A stretch of 64,000 bases of DNA from Sphingobacteriales bacterium JAD_PAG50586_3 (GTDB lineage Bacteria; Bacteroidota; Bacteroidia; CAMBQF01). This document shows, one piece after another, positions 1 to 9,125 of the stretch; position 1 is the first letter of the stretch, and every line of letters begins with the position of its first letter. The position numbers and the translations under genes are program-made. The DNA lies in the NCBI GenBank assembly GCA_023213195.1, contig CP096135.1:946616-1010615 (forward strand). Direction: 5' to 3'. Below the pieces are notes generated by a model. It was not told the origin of the DNA. It did no database searches and saw nothing but the letters and a program-made list of their open reading frames with translations.

Positions 1-426
1 GGCGCATCGCATGGGGTTGGGTTAGCTGTACATAAATACTATACTGAAACGTTTAAGCCTGCTGTTAATTCTAACATCTTCAGCAAGGCAATATCATGGC
101 TTATTACCTTCCACTTTGTGGTGTTTTTGTGGATATTCTTCCGCGCTAAGGACTTTACCACTGCCTGGGATATGATACATAGCATTGTTTACAACATGGA
201 CTTAGCCTATGTTGCACCGTTCCTTGCCGTGCGCAAAACGTTTGTGTTATTTGTTTTGATTGGCTTCGCCATCCACTTTATCCCATCACGTTGGTTCCCC
301 GCTATTACCGATGGGTTTGTGCGCATGCCTTTCTGGGCTAAAGCTGCCGCGTTTGTAATCACTATACAGCTAATCATCCAATACGCCAGCGAGAGTGTGC
401 AGCCGTTTATTTACTTTCAGTTTTAA
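1..426 (+). CDS. MBOAT-family O-acyltransferase (AlgI/DltB-like), C-terminal fragment; 5' end lies outside the window
   Basis: Frame is open from position 1 to the stop at 424-426. Hydrophobic C-terminus with WLITFHFVVFLWIFFRA, typical of MBOAT C-termini. Confidence 0.45.
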   Translation, partial: GASHGVGLAVHKYYTETFKPAVNSNIFSKAISWLITFHFVVFLWIFFRAKDFTTAWDMIHSIVYNMDLAYVAPFLAVRKTFVLFVLIGFAIHFIPSRWFPAITDGFVRMPFWAKAAAFVITIQLIIQYASESVQPFIYFQF

Positions 427-582
427 TAGGTGTCACCCCTCTGGGGTTTATACATTTTCCGTATTTGTTTCTATTGACATTTCACTCCTCCGGAGCTGTG
501 TTTTAAGTCCCAGAGGGACGGCATATCAATAGAAAATACTACCGCAAGTGTTATAAGCTCCAGAGGAGCGACACTAATAATA

Positions 583-1776
583 TTATGCGATTTTAGTTAC
601 CGTTGAGTCACTGTAAATATTTCCCTCTTCATCAACCGTAACAAGGTTTACTCCTAGGGTTTTGCCTTTGTCGAAGGTGCCTAGTTGTTGCTTAAAGCCT
701 AAGGCTTCGGCGCCGTTTACGGTGGCCCATTGTATTAATTCGGTAGTAGGTGTTTCAGGGAAGTTAGCGGCAATAGTTTTCAATTCATCCAATATAGAAA
801 GGCTGTCGTTAGAGGCGTAGCTATCAGTCCCCACTACAATTTTAGCTCCCATTTGGCGTAGCATGGGCACATCAGGCAGCTTGTTTTCTATATATAAATT
901 GGCATTGGGGCATAGCGCCCAGTATATCATTTTGCCGTAATCCATGGCCCATTGCACATCGTCTTTAGTGCTTACGGTGTTATGTACCAAAACTATACGG
1001 TTGCAATTGGGTAAATGCACCACGGTAGACGCCAACGAGTTAAAGCCCGTAGGTTTATAGGTACTTAAATCCAATCCAAACTTCGCCATTTGTTCAGCCA
1101 TAGGGCCTGTGCCCGTGCGGAACAGTTCATTCTCGCCATCGGTTTCCTGGTTGTGGATAGATATTACCCCATCGCGCAGGTAGTTATGCTCGGCAACCAG
1201 TTTTAACAGCTTTATAGATAATGAATAGGTAGCATGCGGGGTAATATTGGCAGGCGCATTGGGTATTAGTGTTTCCAACTCGCGGAGCAGCTTTTCGCCA
1301 CCCTCAAATACTTCCTCTGCCTTATCGGGGTTTAACCCAAACAGCTCTATAAAGGTGTGGTAGAGCATGTTGCGCTTGGCCTTTTGGGCAAAGGTAAAAT
1401 TGTGGTTGCTAATATCGCCCACGGCTACAATGCCATTACGCAGCATCTCGCCCTCGGCAGATTCAATAGCAGCTAGCACCTCATCATCGGCTACCCATTT
1501 GCGTATGGCCATCATATCTTTAACAAAGCCATGCAAGCCTGTATGTTTGGCTATTTTACTCTTTAGGTACGATAACTCTAAGTGGCAGTGCGCGTTAACA
1601 AATCCCGGGGTTAAAATACCCTCAAAACGCTCGGCTTTCTCCAGTACGGCAGGGTACTCAGCATCTGCGGGAGTGAACAAATTAACCACCCGCCCGTTAC
1701 TATCTACAGCTAATACGCCGTTTTCAACAGGGGTTGTGTATACAGGATAGATATAATTGGCTGTTAGAAAGCGCAT
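583..1776 (-). CDS. amidohydrolase-family metal-dependent hydrolase
   Basis: 397-aa ORF with N-terminal GFVNAHCHLELS metal-binding HxH motif and downstream His/Asp residues typical of the amidohydrolase superfamily. Confidence 0.7.
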   Translation of the reverse strand: MRFLTANYIYPVYTTPVENGVLAVDSNGRVVNLFTPADAEYPAVLEKAERFEGILTPGFVNAHCHLELSYLKSKIAKHTGLHGFVKDMMAIRKWVADDEVLAAIESAEGEMLRNGIVAVGDISNHNFTFAQKAKRNMLYHTFIELFGLNPDKAEEVFEGGEKLLRELETLIPNAPANITPHATYSLSIKLLKLVAEHNYLRDGVISIHNQETDGENELFRTGTGPMAEQMAKFGLDLSTYKPTGFNSLASTVVHLPNCNRIVLVHNTVSTKDDVQWAMDYGKMIYWALCPNANLYIENKLPDVPMLRQMGAKIVVGTDSYASNDSLSILDELKTIAANFPETPTTELIQWATVNGAEALGFKQQLGTFDKGKTLGVNLVTVDEEGNIYSDSTVTKIA

Positions 1777-1802
1777 ATGGTTATCTTTGGGGCAAAGCTA
1801 CA

Positions 1803-2198
1803 TTGAAACAGTTTACCCTAAATAAAGAAGAACGTTTAAAAAGCCGCAAATTGATGGACGAACTGTTCGTTAGCGGACAAACGCTTACGGTGTTCCCTTT
1901 TAGGCTGGTTTGGATAGAAACCCAGCTGCTAGTGGATTACCCGGCACAAATGGCGGTAAGTGTTAGCAAACGCAACTTTAAACACGCGGTAGACCGTAAC
2001 AGGCTAAAACGCTTGATGAGAGAGGCTTACCGGAAGAATAAGTTTACCGTTTACGATATGGCCCAATCTTTGAGCAAACAGTATGCTATAATGCTTATTT
2101 ACACGGGCCGTAAAATGGTTGACTATGCCGAGGTGGAAAGTAAAATAATAATAACTTTGAAAAAATTTACCGAAAGGTGTAATGAAACGCCTGCTTAG
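1803..2198 (+). CDS. rnpA: ribonuclease P protein component
   Basis: [19 protein letters not shown]... is a typical RnpA N-terminus. Start is uncertain (TTG at 1803; the track ORF begins at 1734). Overlaps the downstream yidD start, as is usual. Confidence 0.65.
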   Translation: MKQFTLNKEERLKSRKLMDELFVSGQTLTVFPFRLVWIETQLLVDYPAQMAVSVSKRNFKHAVDRNRLKRLMREAYRKNKFTVYDMAQSLSKQYAIMLIYTGRKMVDYAEVESKIIITLKKFTERCNETPA

Positions 2199-2402
2199 TG
2201 CACTAATATTAGGAGTATTTAGGTTTTACCAATTGGCTATTTCGCCTATGTTTAGCCCTGTGTGCCGTTATACGCCCACATGCTCTGCATACGGTGTTGA
2301 AGCAGTAAGAAAACATGGGCCTTTTAAAGGAACTTTTTAGCCGTAAAGCGTATACTGCGCTGCAACCCATGGGGTGGCAGCGGATACGACCCGGTACCGT
2401 AA
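2182..2402 (+). CDS. yidD: membrane protein insertion efficiency factor YidD, with an apparent single-base frameshift in a T5 run (2334-2338)
   Basis: Frame 1 reads [52 protein letters not shown]. The next frame continues [21 protein letters not shown]. Joined, they match the YidD consensus (KGxWLxxKRxLRCHPxxxGGxDPVP). Confidence 0.65.
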
Positions 2403-2426
2403 TATAACCGAGTTTATAATTTAAAA

Positions 2427-4202
2427 TTGAATATGGATTTTGTGAAGAGAATTCCAAAGAAAATTAAAGTAGCGGTTTTTGCCCTTTTTGTGGGTGCAAG
2501 CTCTATTAGCCTGTTGGCGTTTGACAAAGGCGACGATAACTACTTCGAAATATCGAAGAACCTTGACATTTTTGCCACGCTTTACCGCGAGGTAAACATG
2601 TATTATGTTGACGAAACCAACCCCGGCGATATGGTTAAAACAGCCATTGATGCCATGTTGGAAAAGTTAGACCCCTACACTAACTATATTCCGGAATCGG
2701 ATATAGAGGACCACCGCTTTATGACTACCGGCCAGTACGGTGGTATTGGTGCATTGGTGCGTCAAAAAGGCGATTATATATACATATCAGAACCTTACGA
2801 AGATAAACCGGCACAAAAAGCAGGCCTTATGGCCGGCGACGCGCTGCTTGAAGTTGATGGAAAATCTGTTAAAGGCAAACAAACCGCCGATGTGGTTAAA
2901 ATGCTTAAAGGTGTGCCTAATACAAAGGTTAGCATTAAAGTAAAGCGCGATGGCAGCAACCAACCGCTTGAGTTTAGTGTAATGCGCGAAGAGATTAAGA
3001 TTAACAACGTGCCTTATTTTGGTATGGTTGATGATAAAATTGGCTACATAAAGCTTAGCGGCTTTACTGAAGATGCAGGCAAAGAGGTTAAAGATGCCCT
3101 TGTTAGCTTAAAAGCTACCAACCCGGGTATAGAAGGTGTTATACTTGACCTTCGTGACAATCCGGGTGGGTTGCTTCGCGAAGCCATTAACATATCTAAC
3201 GTATTTGTAAATAAAGGCTTGGATATTGTTAGCACCAAAGGCAAGGTAAAAGAGTGGGACAAAACCTACAAAGCCCTTAACACCCCTGTAGATACTGATA
3301 TTCCTTTAGTGGTATTGGTTAGCCGCGGTTCGGCTTCGGCATCAGAAATTGTATCGGGTACCATGCAAGACTTAGATCGTGGTGTTATTATTGGTCAACG
3401 CTCTTACGGCAAAGGCTTGGTACAAACTACCCGCCCGCTTAGCTATAACTCTCAGGTAAAAATTACTACCTCTAAATACTACATACCAAGCGGCCGTTGC
3501 ATACAGGCGCTGGATTATACCCACCGCAACGAAGATGGTAGCGTAGGTAAAATTCCTGATTCGTTAATGACGGCTTTTAAAACTAAAAACGGCCGCGTGG
3601 TGTATGATGGTGGCGGTGTAAACCCCGACTATAAAACACCTATTAAAAAATACAGCCAAATACTACAAAGCCTTGTGGTTAAGTCTTTGGTATTTGATTA
3701 TGCTACCAAATACAAACTGGAGCATCCTACCATTGCCAAAGCCAAAGACTTTAAACTTAGCGATGCGGAGTACGAAGATTTTGTAAAATGGTTGGGCGAT
3801 AAAGAATACGACTATACCACCAAGAGCGAGGAAATGTTGGATAAGCTGAAAAGTACCGCCGAAGGAGAGAAATACTTTGACGGTGTTTCTAAAGAATTTC
3901 AGGCGCTGAAAGACGGTATGATGCACGATAAAAAAGCTGACTTATACAAGTTTAAAGGCGAGATTAAGGAATTTTTAGAAGGCGAGATTGTTGGCCGTTA
4001 CTACTACCAAAAAGGTAAGATTGAAGCATCGTTTAAATACGATACCGAAATTACCGAGGGTGTAAAAATACTGTACGACAAACCTACCTATTCTGCTATT
4101 TTAACAGGCAAATACAAACAACCTAACGCACCAAAAGAAGATGGTGAAAAGGATGATGACGGCGATGATGACGGCGGCGTTAAACAGAAGAAAAAGACAT
4201 GA
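2427..4202 (+). CDS. S41-family C-terminal processing peptidase (tail-specific protease) with an acidic C-terminal tail
   Basis: 591-aa ORF with a PDZ-like region and the S41 catalytic-region motifs VLVSRGSASASEIVSG and GLVQTTR. Followed by a hairpin plus T-run terminator. Confidence 0.8.
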   Translation: MNMDFVKRIPKKIKVAVFALFVGASSISLLAFDKGDDNYFEISKNLDIFATLYREVNMYYVDETNPGDMVKTAIDAMLEKLDPYTNYIPESDIEDHRFMTTGQYGGIGALVRQKGDYIYISEPYEDKPAQKAGLMAGDALLEVDGKSVKGKQTADVVKMLKGVPNTKVSIKVKRDGSNQPLEFSVMREEIKINNVPYFGMVDDKIGYIKLSGFTEDAGKEVKDALVSLKATNPGIEGVILDLRDNPGGLLREAINISNVFVNKGLDIVSTKGKVKEWDKTYKALNTPVDTDIPLVVLVSRGSASASEIVSGTMQDLDRGVIIGQRSYGKGLVQTTRPLSYNSQVKITTSKYYIPSGRCIQALDYTHRNEDGSVGKIPDSLMTAFKTKNGRVVYDGGGVNPDYKTPIKKYSQILQSLVVKSLVFDYATKYKLEHPTIAKAKDFKLSDAEYEDFVKWLGDKEYDYTTKSEEMLDKLKSTAEGEKYFDGVSKEFQALKDGMMHDKKADLYKFKGEIKEFLEGEIVGRYYYQKGKIEASFKYDTEITEGVKILYDKPTYSAILTGKYKQPNAPKEDGEKDDDGDDDGGVKQKKKT

Positions 4203-4239
4203 AGAACAACAATTAGTTGTAACAATATTTAATTTTGCA

Positions 4240-4267
4240 AGGGCGGTACTAATTACCGCCCTTTTTC
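4240..4267 (+). terminator. intrinsic terminator after the S41 peptidase gene
   Basis: Hairpin gggcggtactaattaccgccc followed by ttttt. Confidence 0.55.
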
Positions 4268-4513
4268 GTTTCTTTAACCACTGTGCGTATAGTAAAACTG
4301 CTACAATTTATACCCTACCGCTTTTTCTACTTATTGGGGCTGGCCGTCTTTATATTCGGTATGCCCTTTAGTAACCTAATGATGAGCCAGGGGTTGTTCT
4401 ACATATCGGGCGCCTGACTGCTTAGCAGCATTGCATACAATACTACCCTCGCACGCATTAAACTATACCTAAGCAACAGGCAAGCACTGGCCTTAGCAGC
4501 TATATTCTTTGCT

Positions 4514-5908
4514 TTGCTGGTTGGGTTAGCCTATACCACCAATTTTGATTATGGCCTTAAAGACATACGAGTAAAGTTGCCCTTGTTTTTATTGCCATTT
4601 GTTATTGTGGGCTTAGGCTCGCTTAAAGAGAAAGAATACCGTGGGCTGCTGCTATTTTTTGTATTAATGGTAGTAAGCTCTACCATAGCAGGCTATGCAA
4701 CGGCTATAAGTAACTATGGCACAACATACGAGGCGCGTCAGCTATCGCCCTACATATCAAACATACGCCTTAGTTTGCTTATTATTATGGCTATTTTTAT
4801 TGCTGGCTGGTTGGCTATAAAACTGCGCAACCTGTGGTTTAGCATTGCCGCAGCCCTAACTGTTATCTGGCTGCTTTTCTTTTTATATAAGCTGGAAAGC
4901 CTTACGGCATTGGGTACCATATTTATAGTGTGGCTGGCGCTGATAATCTTCAACCTAAAAGATATTAAGCCCAAAGCTTTGCGCATTGCATTGCCGCTAT
5001 TGCTGGCTGCCTTTGCCGGGTGGTTTTGCTATTATACCAACACTACCTATACCGAATATTTTACTCCTAAAGTGGAAGTAAACCCAAGCGAAGTAACCAA
5101 ATACGGCAACACGTATGATGTGGTAGACATGCCCTACATGATTGAGAATGGCAACCCAATATGGGCACATGTGTCTGGAGCAGAATTAAGAGAAGAATGG
5201 CCTAAGCGCAGTAGTATACATATTGATAGTACCGACGCTAAAAAGCAGCCTTTATACTACACTCTTATCCGCTACATGGCATCTAAAGGTTTAAAGAAGG
5301 ATAGAGAAGGCATAGCAGAACTTACAAATACCGATATAACCAATATAGAAAATGGTATTGCCAATGCTAACTATACCGAACAGCGGGGCTTAAAAGCAAG
5401 GCTGCATAAGATTTTTGGGAGTACTAAGGTATACAAAGCCTACCACAACCCCAGCGGACACTCCGTATTTATGCGTTTGGAGTTTTGGCGCAACAGTTGG
5501 GGCATTATAAAAGACAACCCTGTAGTGGGTGTTGGCACCGGCGATGTTATTGATGCTGTGGCCATGCAGTATAATAAGTGCAACTCTCAACTGGATGCTA
5601 AATGGCGGCTGCGCTCGCACAACCAATTTTTGGCCATTGGTATAGCCTTGGGGATTATAGGTATGTTGATTTTTCCCTTCTCTATGTTCTACCCCTTTAT
5701 TAGTGCCAAAGGCTACAAGAGCATAATGTTTACCGCGTTTTTTGTTACTGCGTTTTTATCTATGCTTACTGAAGATACGCTGGAAAGCCAGGCAGGGGTT
5801 TCGTTCTATGTGTTTTTCTTTTGCGTATTCCTGTTTTTAAAACCGGGAGCATTAACCACCCCGCAAATTGGTTGGGGGTGGTGGGATAAACCCCGATTAG
5901 AAAATTAA
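4514..5908 (+). CDS. polytopic membrane protein with an O-antigen ligase (Wzy_C)-like domain
   Basis: At least 10 predicted TM segments. HNQFLAIGIALGIIGM resembles the conserved Wzy_C/O-antigen ligase core motif. TTG start. The upstream frame stays open to 4418, so the true start is uncertain. Confidence 0.5.
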   Translation: MLVGLAYTTNFDYGLKDIRVKLPLFLLPFVIVGLGSLKEKEYRGLLLFFVLMVVSSTIAGYATAISNYGTTYEARQLSPYISNIRLSLLIIMAIFIAGWLAIKLRNLWFSIAAALTVIWLLFFLYKLESLTALGTIFIVWLALIIFNLKDIKPKALRIALPLLLAAFAGWFCYYTNTTYTEYFTPKVEVNPSEVTKYGNTYDVVDMPYMIENGNPIWAHVSGAELREEWPKRSSIHIDSTDAKKQPLYYTLIRYMASKGLKKDREGIAELTNTDITNIENGIANANYTEQRGLKARLHKIFGSTKVYKAYHNPSGHSVFMRLEFWRNSWGIIKDNPVVGVGTGDVIDAVAMQYNKCNSQLDAKWRLRSHNQFLAIGIALGIIGMLIFPFSMFYPFISAKGYKSIMFTAFFVTAFLSMLTEDTLESQAGVSFYVFFFCVFLFLKPGALTTPQIGWGWWDKPRLEN

Positions 5909-5973
5909 TAGCCCCATTCACCTTGAAAAGAAGGTAGATTAATGCTTTGCCACTTAACCATTGGCCACTACAT

Positions 5974-6447
5974 CTATACCTTAATACTCCGCTTAATAGA
6001 TTCTTCCAAAGAGATAAGTGTTTCCGTACGCTCTATACCATCTATGGCCTGTATTTTTTCGTTAAGCACTTCGCGCAGGTGGTTGGTATTTTTACAAACT
6101 ATCTTTAAAAATATGCTGTATTGGCCGGTGGTATAGTAGGCTTCTACCACCTCGGGTATGCTCTCTAGCTGCGTTATTACCTGCTTATATACCGACCCGC
6201 GAAAAAGGTAAACTCCTAAAAAGGCCGTTAAATCGTAGCCCAGTTTAGTATGGTCTACCATTAAAACGGAGCGTTTAACAATGCCTGCATCTTCCAGTTT
6301 TTTCATGCGCACGTGTATAGTACCGGCAGAAACTATCAGTTTTTTGGCAATTTCGGTGTAAGGCACCAGCGCATCTTCCATTAAAATAGAAAGTATCTGC
6401 CTATCCAGGTTATCAATTTCTAAAATTTCGTGCTTTTCAGGATGCAT
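5974..6447 (-). CDS. Lrp/AsnC-family transcriptional regulator
   Basis: 157 aa with N-terminal HTH (LDRQILSILMEDALVPYTEIAKKLIVSAGTIHVRMKKLEDAGIV) followed by an RAM/AsnC_trans-type C-terminus. Confidence 0.8.
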   Translation of the reverse strand: MHPEKHEILEIDNLDRQILSILMEDALVPYTEIAKKLIVSAGTIHVRMKKLEDAGIVKRSVLMVDHTKLGYDLTAFLGVYLFRGSVYKQVITQLESIPEVVEAYYTTGQYSIFLKIVCKNTNHLREVLNEKIQAIDGIERTETLISLEESIKRSIKV

Positions 6448-6578
6448 ATTTTTATGTTATGACAACAAATATAGCTTTAAATTATTTTATTTGTAATAAT
6501 AACTCATAATCGTTAACAAATTTGCATTATATATGTTCTTATTATACATTTGTAACAAGAAACAAACGTTCTTATACA

Positions 6579-6727
6579 CTGTGGGGTGATGAAACTATGG
6601 CAGACATGCCCTCCTGTCTCGGGGGTAGGGAGCTACGGGATAAACACACGATAATGGGTTGACCACAAAAAAATTCTATGTCGTGCGGCTAACCGCCCTG
6701 TGAAGGTTCGAACCCTTCCCCTACAGC
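6579..6727 (+). ncRNA. candidate structured small RNA of unknown class (closing helix plus tRNA-like T-arm), immediately followed by a strong intrinsic terminator
   Basis: 5' ctgtgggg pairs with 3' ccctacag. Internal hairpins gcgg-ctaa-ccgc and gaagg-TTCGAAC-ccttc (T-loop-like). No ORF. Followed by a terminator ~12 nt downstream. Confidence 0.25.
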
Positions 6728-6738
6728 TTAAATTGGAA

Positions 6739-6774
6739 AGCCCCTTAAGATTAGATACTTAAGGGGCTTTTTTA
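6739..6774 (+). terminator. intrinsic terminator
   Basis: agccccttaag-attagatact-cttaaggggct followed by tttttt. Confidence 0.65.
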
Positions 6775-6811
6775 ATACTTAAAAACAACACAGATTGGCA
6801 AAAACAGTTTT

Positions 6812-7507
6812 ATGGCACATTTAGCGGTACACATTGCGGCCGCTTTTATTAAACGGGCAACAGCCGAAAAGAAAACTTTAAATAAGAAAAAATTGCAATG
6901 CCTGCTCTATTTTGCCCACGGTTATTCTTTAGCCCTTTACAACCAACCATTGCTGCAACAGCGGTTTGAAGTTTCTAAAAACGGGCCCGTTATACATAGT
7001 GTAGCACTTGTATACCGGCAACTAAATAGCGCCCATAAAAACATCAACTATAAAGTCGACTTTTCTTCTGATGTATTGCATGTAATTTTATTGGCGTGGA
7101 ATAAGGCAAACAGCCTGACTGAAAAAGCCTTTGTAAGACTAGCAACACAGCCCGGAACGCCATGGGCTAACGCAAACGCTCCGCAGCATAGCTCATTGTA
7201 TATTGATGATTCTGCTATAAAAATCTATTTTGAAAAGTGGTATATAACAGATGTTACATTGCCAACTAAAACATATCGTTATATTTTAAAAAATAAGCCT
7301 GTAAATTACCTGCATATACCGCTAAACGCCCTAATGTGCCCATGTTGTAAAACATCGCCGTGCAACGTGGCAAATGCCGCTATGCCGGCGCCTGTAGAAA
7401 AACCCAAAGCACACCAATACTTAACACCGGCAATGCCTTTGTTATTTGCTTATGGGTTGGTTCTTTTTAAGCCAACATTAACAATGAATAAAATATTATT
7501 TTCTTAA
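6812..7507 (+). CDS. Panacea (DUF4065) domain protein, PanA-like antitoxin candidate, with a ~80-aa C-terminal extension (Cys cluster plus hydrophobic helix)
   Basis: N-terminus MAHLAVHIAAAFIKRATAEKKTLNKKKLQCLLYFAHGYSLAL matches the DUF4065/Panacea core (KLQKLLYFAQG). Paralogous to the next gene. The extension beyond the point where the paralog ends (…YFEK) includes an in-frame ATG at 7334. Confidence 0.6.
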   Translation: MAHLAVHIAAAFIKRATAEKKTLNKKKLQCLLYFAHGYSLALYNQPLLQQRFEVSKNGPVIHSVALVYRQLNSAHKNINYKVDFSSDVLHVILLAWNKANSLTEKAFVRLATQPGTPWANANAPQHSSLYIDDSAIKIYFEKWYITDVTLPTKTYRYILKNKPVNYLHIPLNALMCPCCKTSPCNVANAAMPAPVEKPKAHQYLTPAMPLLFAYGLVLFKPTLTMNKILFS

Positions 7508-7582
7508 CCTTAATGTATTTTTTGTTACGATATAATTGATTATCATTACGGTGCTTAATTCTATATTTATTCCTGTTCTGTT

Positions 7583-8041
7583 ATGGCTTATAAAGCTATT
7601 GAAATTGCAGCCGCCTTTATTAAAAAGGGCAAGGCCGAGAAGAAACCTTTTAGCCAAATGAAGCTGCAATGCATGGTATACTATGCACACGGCTATTATC
7701 TTGCGTTAAATAACGAGCCCCTATTTACAGAGGCTATTGAAGCCTGGGAAATTGGCCCGGCTATACAAAGTATATATGGTATGTACAGGTTGATAGACCG
7801 CCTGCCAATTGCTGAGTGGCCCGATGATAACTTTGACATAGATTACGAACCTAAGACAATACAGGCAATTGATGCGGCGTGGGAGGCAGCTTTTAGGCTA
7901 ACATCAGACCAGTTTATAAAATGGGTAACAGCCAAGGGTTCGCCATGGGCAAAATCGTACTCACCCATACAGTGGACGCTTAACATTAGCAACGATACAG
8001 TTAAAAGCTATTTTGAAAAGGAAGTACTGCGGATGGCTTAG
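7583..8041 (+). CDS. Panacea (DUF4065) domain protein (paralog of 6812..7507)
   Basis: MAYKAIEIAAAFIKKGKAEKKPFSQMKLQCMVYYAHGYYLAL… The 152-aa domain-only form. Confidence 0.65.
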   Translation: MAYKAIEIAAAFIKKGKAEKKPFSQMKLQCMVYYAHGYYLALNNEPLFTEAIEAWEIGPAIQSIYGMYRLIDRLPIAEWPDDNFDIDYEPKTIQAIDAAWEAAFRLTSDQFIKWVTAKGSPWAKSYSPIQWTLNISNDTVKSYFEKEVLRMA

Positions 8042-9125
8042 TCTACTAAAATATCCTTTTTACGGATGTTAATCATAAACTCGCGGAAGATGATGCGCAG
8101 CACCGAATAGGTAGGTATAGCAACCATCATACCCACTACACCGCCCAATGTACCTGCCGCTAAAATCACAATAAAAATCTCTAGGGGTGCGCTTCCATGC
8201 TTTTAGAAAATATGTAGTTAGATAGGAACCAGTTATCTATAAACTGCACTACACTGTAAATTACCAACACTTTAAGGGCTATAGGCCACCACTCGCTTGC
8301 CCCCAAATTTAAATTAGTAGTAATGGCTATAACAATACCTATACCGTTGGCAATAAGCGGCCCAACATAAGGTATAAGGTTTAGCAGCCCAAATAGTACA
8401 CCCATAAGCAACGGGTTGCTTATACCAAAAACCCACATGCCTAATGATGCCAAGGTGGTAACAGCCAAAAATTGTATTAATAAACCCACCAGGTATTTTA
8501 CCAGCAGTTGCTTACTTTCTGTAAATATTTTAACTGCCTTTTTTTCATCCGTTTTAGGTATCATCATAAGCAGTACTTTCTTTAACAAACCTTCTTCTTT
8601 AAGCAGGAAAAAGGCGATAAAAAAGATAGAGAATAATGCAGCCACAATGCTACTTACAGAGTTAAACACACCCGATGCCATGGTTGTAACCTCGCCACCA
8701 CTAAACATATTTTTAAGGCTATCAACCACAAACTCTTTAAACGGCTTATCGTCGCCAATATTAAAACGGGTATAGTAGCCCTCCAATTGGTCTAACGGGC
8801 CTTGCAGGCTTTGCATTACCTGGTTGCGGTCTAGGTTGGCTATGGTGTTGGCCTCTTGAACCAGTACGGGAATAAATATGGATAGTATGCCTGAAATTAC
8901 GCCTACTATAATAAGCATGGTAAGCAACGCTGCCGCCCACGATGGTAGCGACTTACCTTTATAAATAGGTAGGTTATCAATTCTGCGGCATAAGGGGTCG
9001 GCTACAAGTGATAGCACCGCTGCGCAAATTATGTACATTAAAATAACCCTGAAAAACCAGCATAGAAAAACAACGGTGGCCAGTACAAGTAAGAATAATA
9101 CTATGCGGGTAAGGGTTATCTTCAT
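8038..9125 (-). CDS. AI-2E family transporter (UPF0118/PerM-like), with an apparent frameshift near 8185
   Basis: The 314-aa track ORF has the typical AI-2E topology. The true C-terminus (…ILAAGTLGGVVGMMVAIPTYSVLRIIFREFMINIRKKDILVD*) is read in another frame down to 8038, overlapping the convergent Panacea stop. Confidence 0.7.

Noticed and set aside
1367-1750. 127-aa ORF on the + strand
   Set aside because: Lies entirely antisense within the well-supported amidohydrolase gene. Its composition (Ala/Ser/Thr/Pro/Leu-rich) is typical of an out-of-frame shadow ORF.
2209-2457. 82-aa minus-strand ORF
   Set aside because: Antisense shadow of the rnpA/yidD region.
4141-4371. 76-aa hydrophobic ORF upstream of the O-antigen-ligase-like gene
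   Set aside because: It overlaps the S41 peptidase terminator and has no start context. It may mark an upstream extension of the membrane protein but cannot be supported.
6579-6727. tmRNA (ssrA) or an unusual tRNA
   Set aside because: The T-arm and acceptor-like closing helix are suggestive. However, the element is ~150 nt: too long for tRNA, since no D-arm or anticodon-arm can be drawn, and far too short for tmRNA. It has no tag-peptide ORF ending in AA-stop and lacks the tmRNA 5' GGGG…GAUUCGACGGG signature. Kept only as an unclassified ncRNA candidate.
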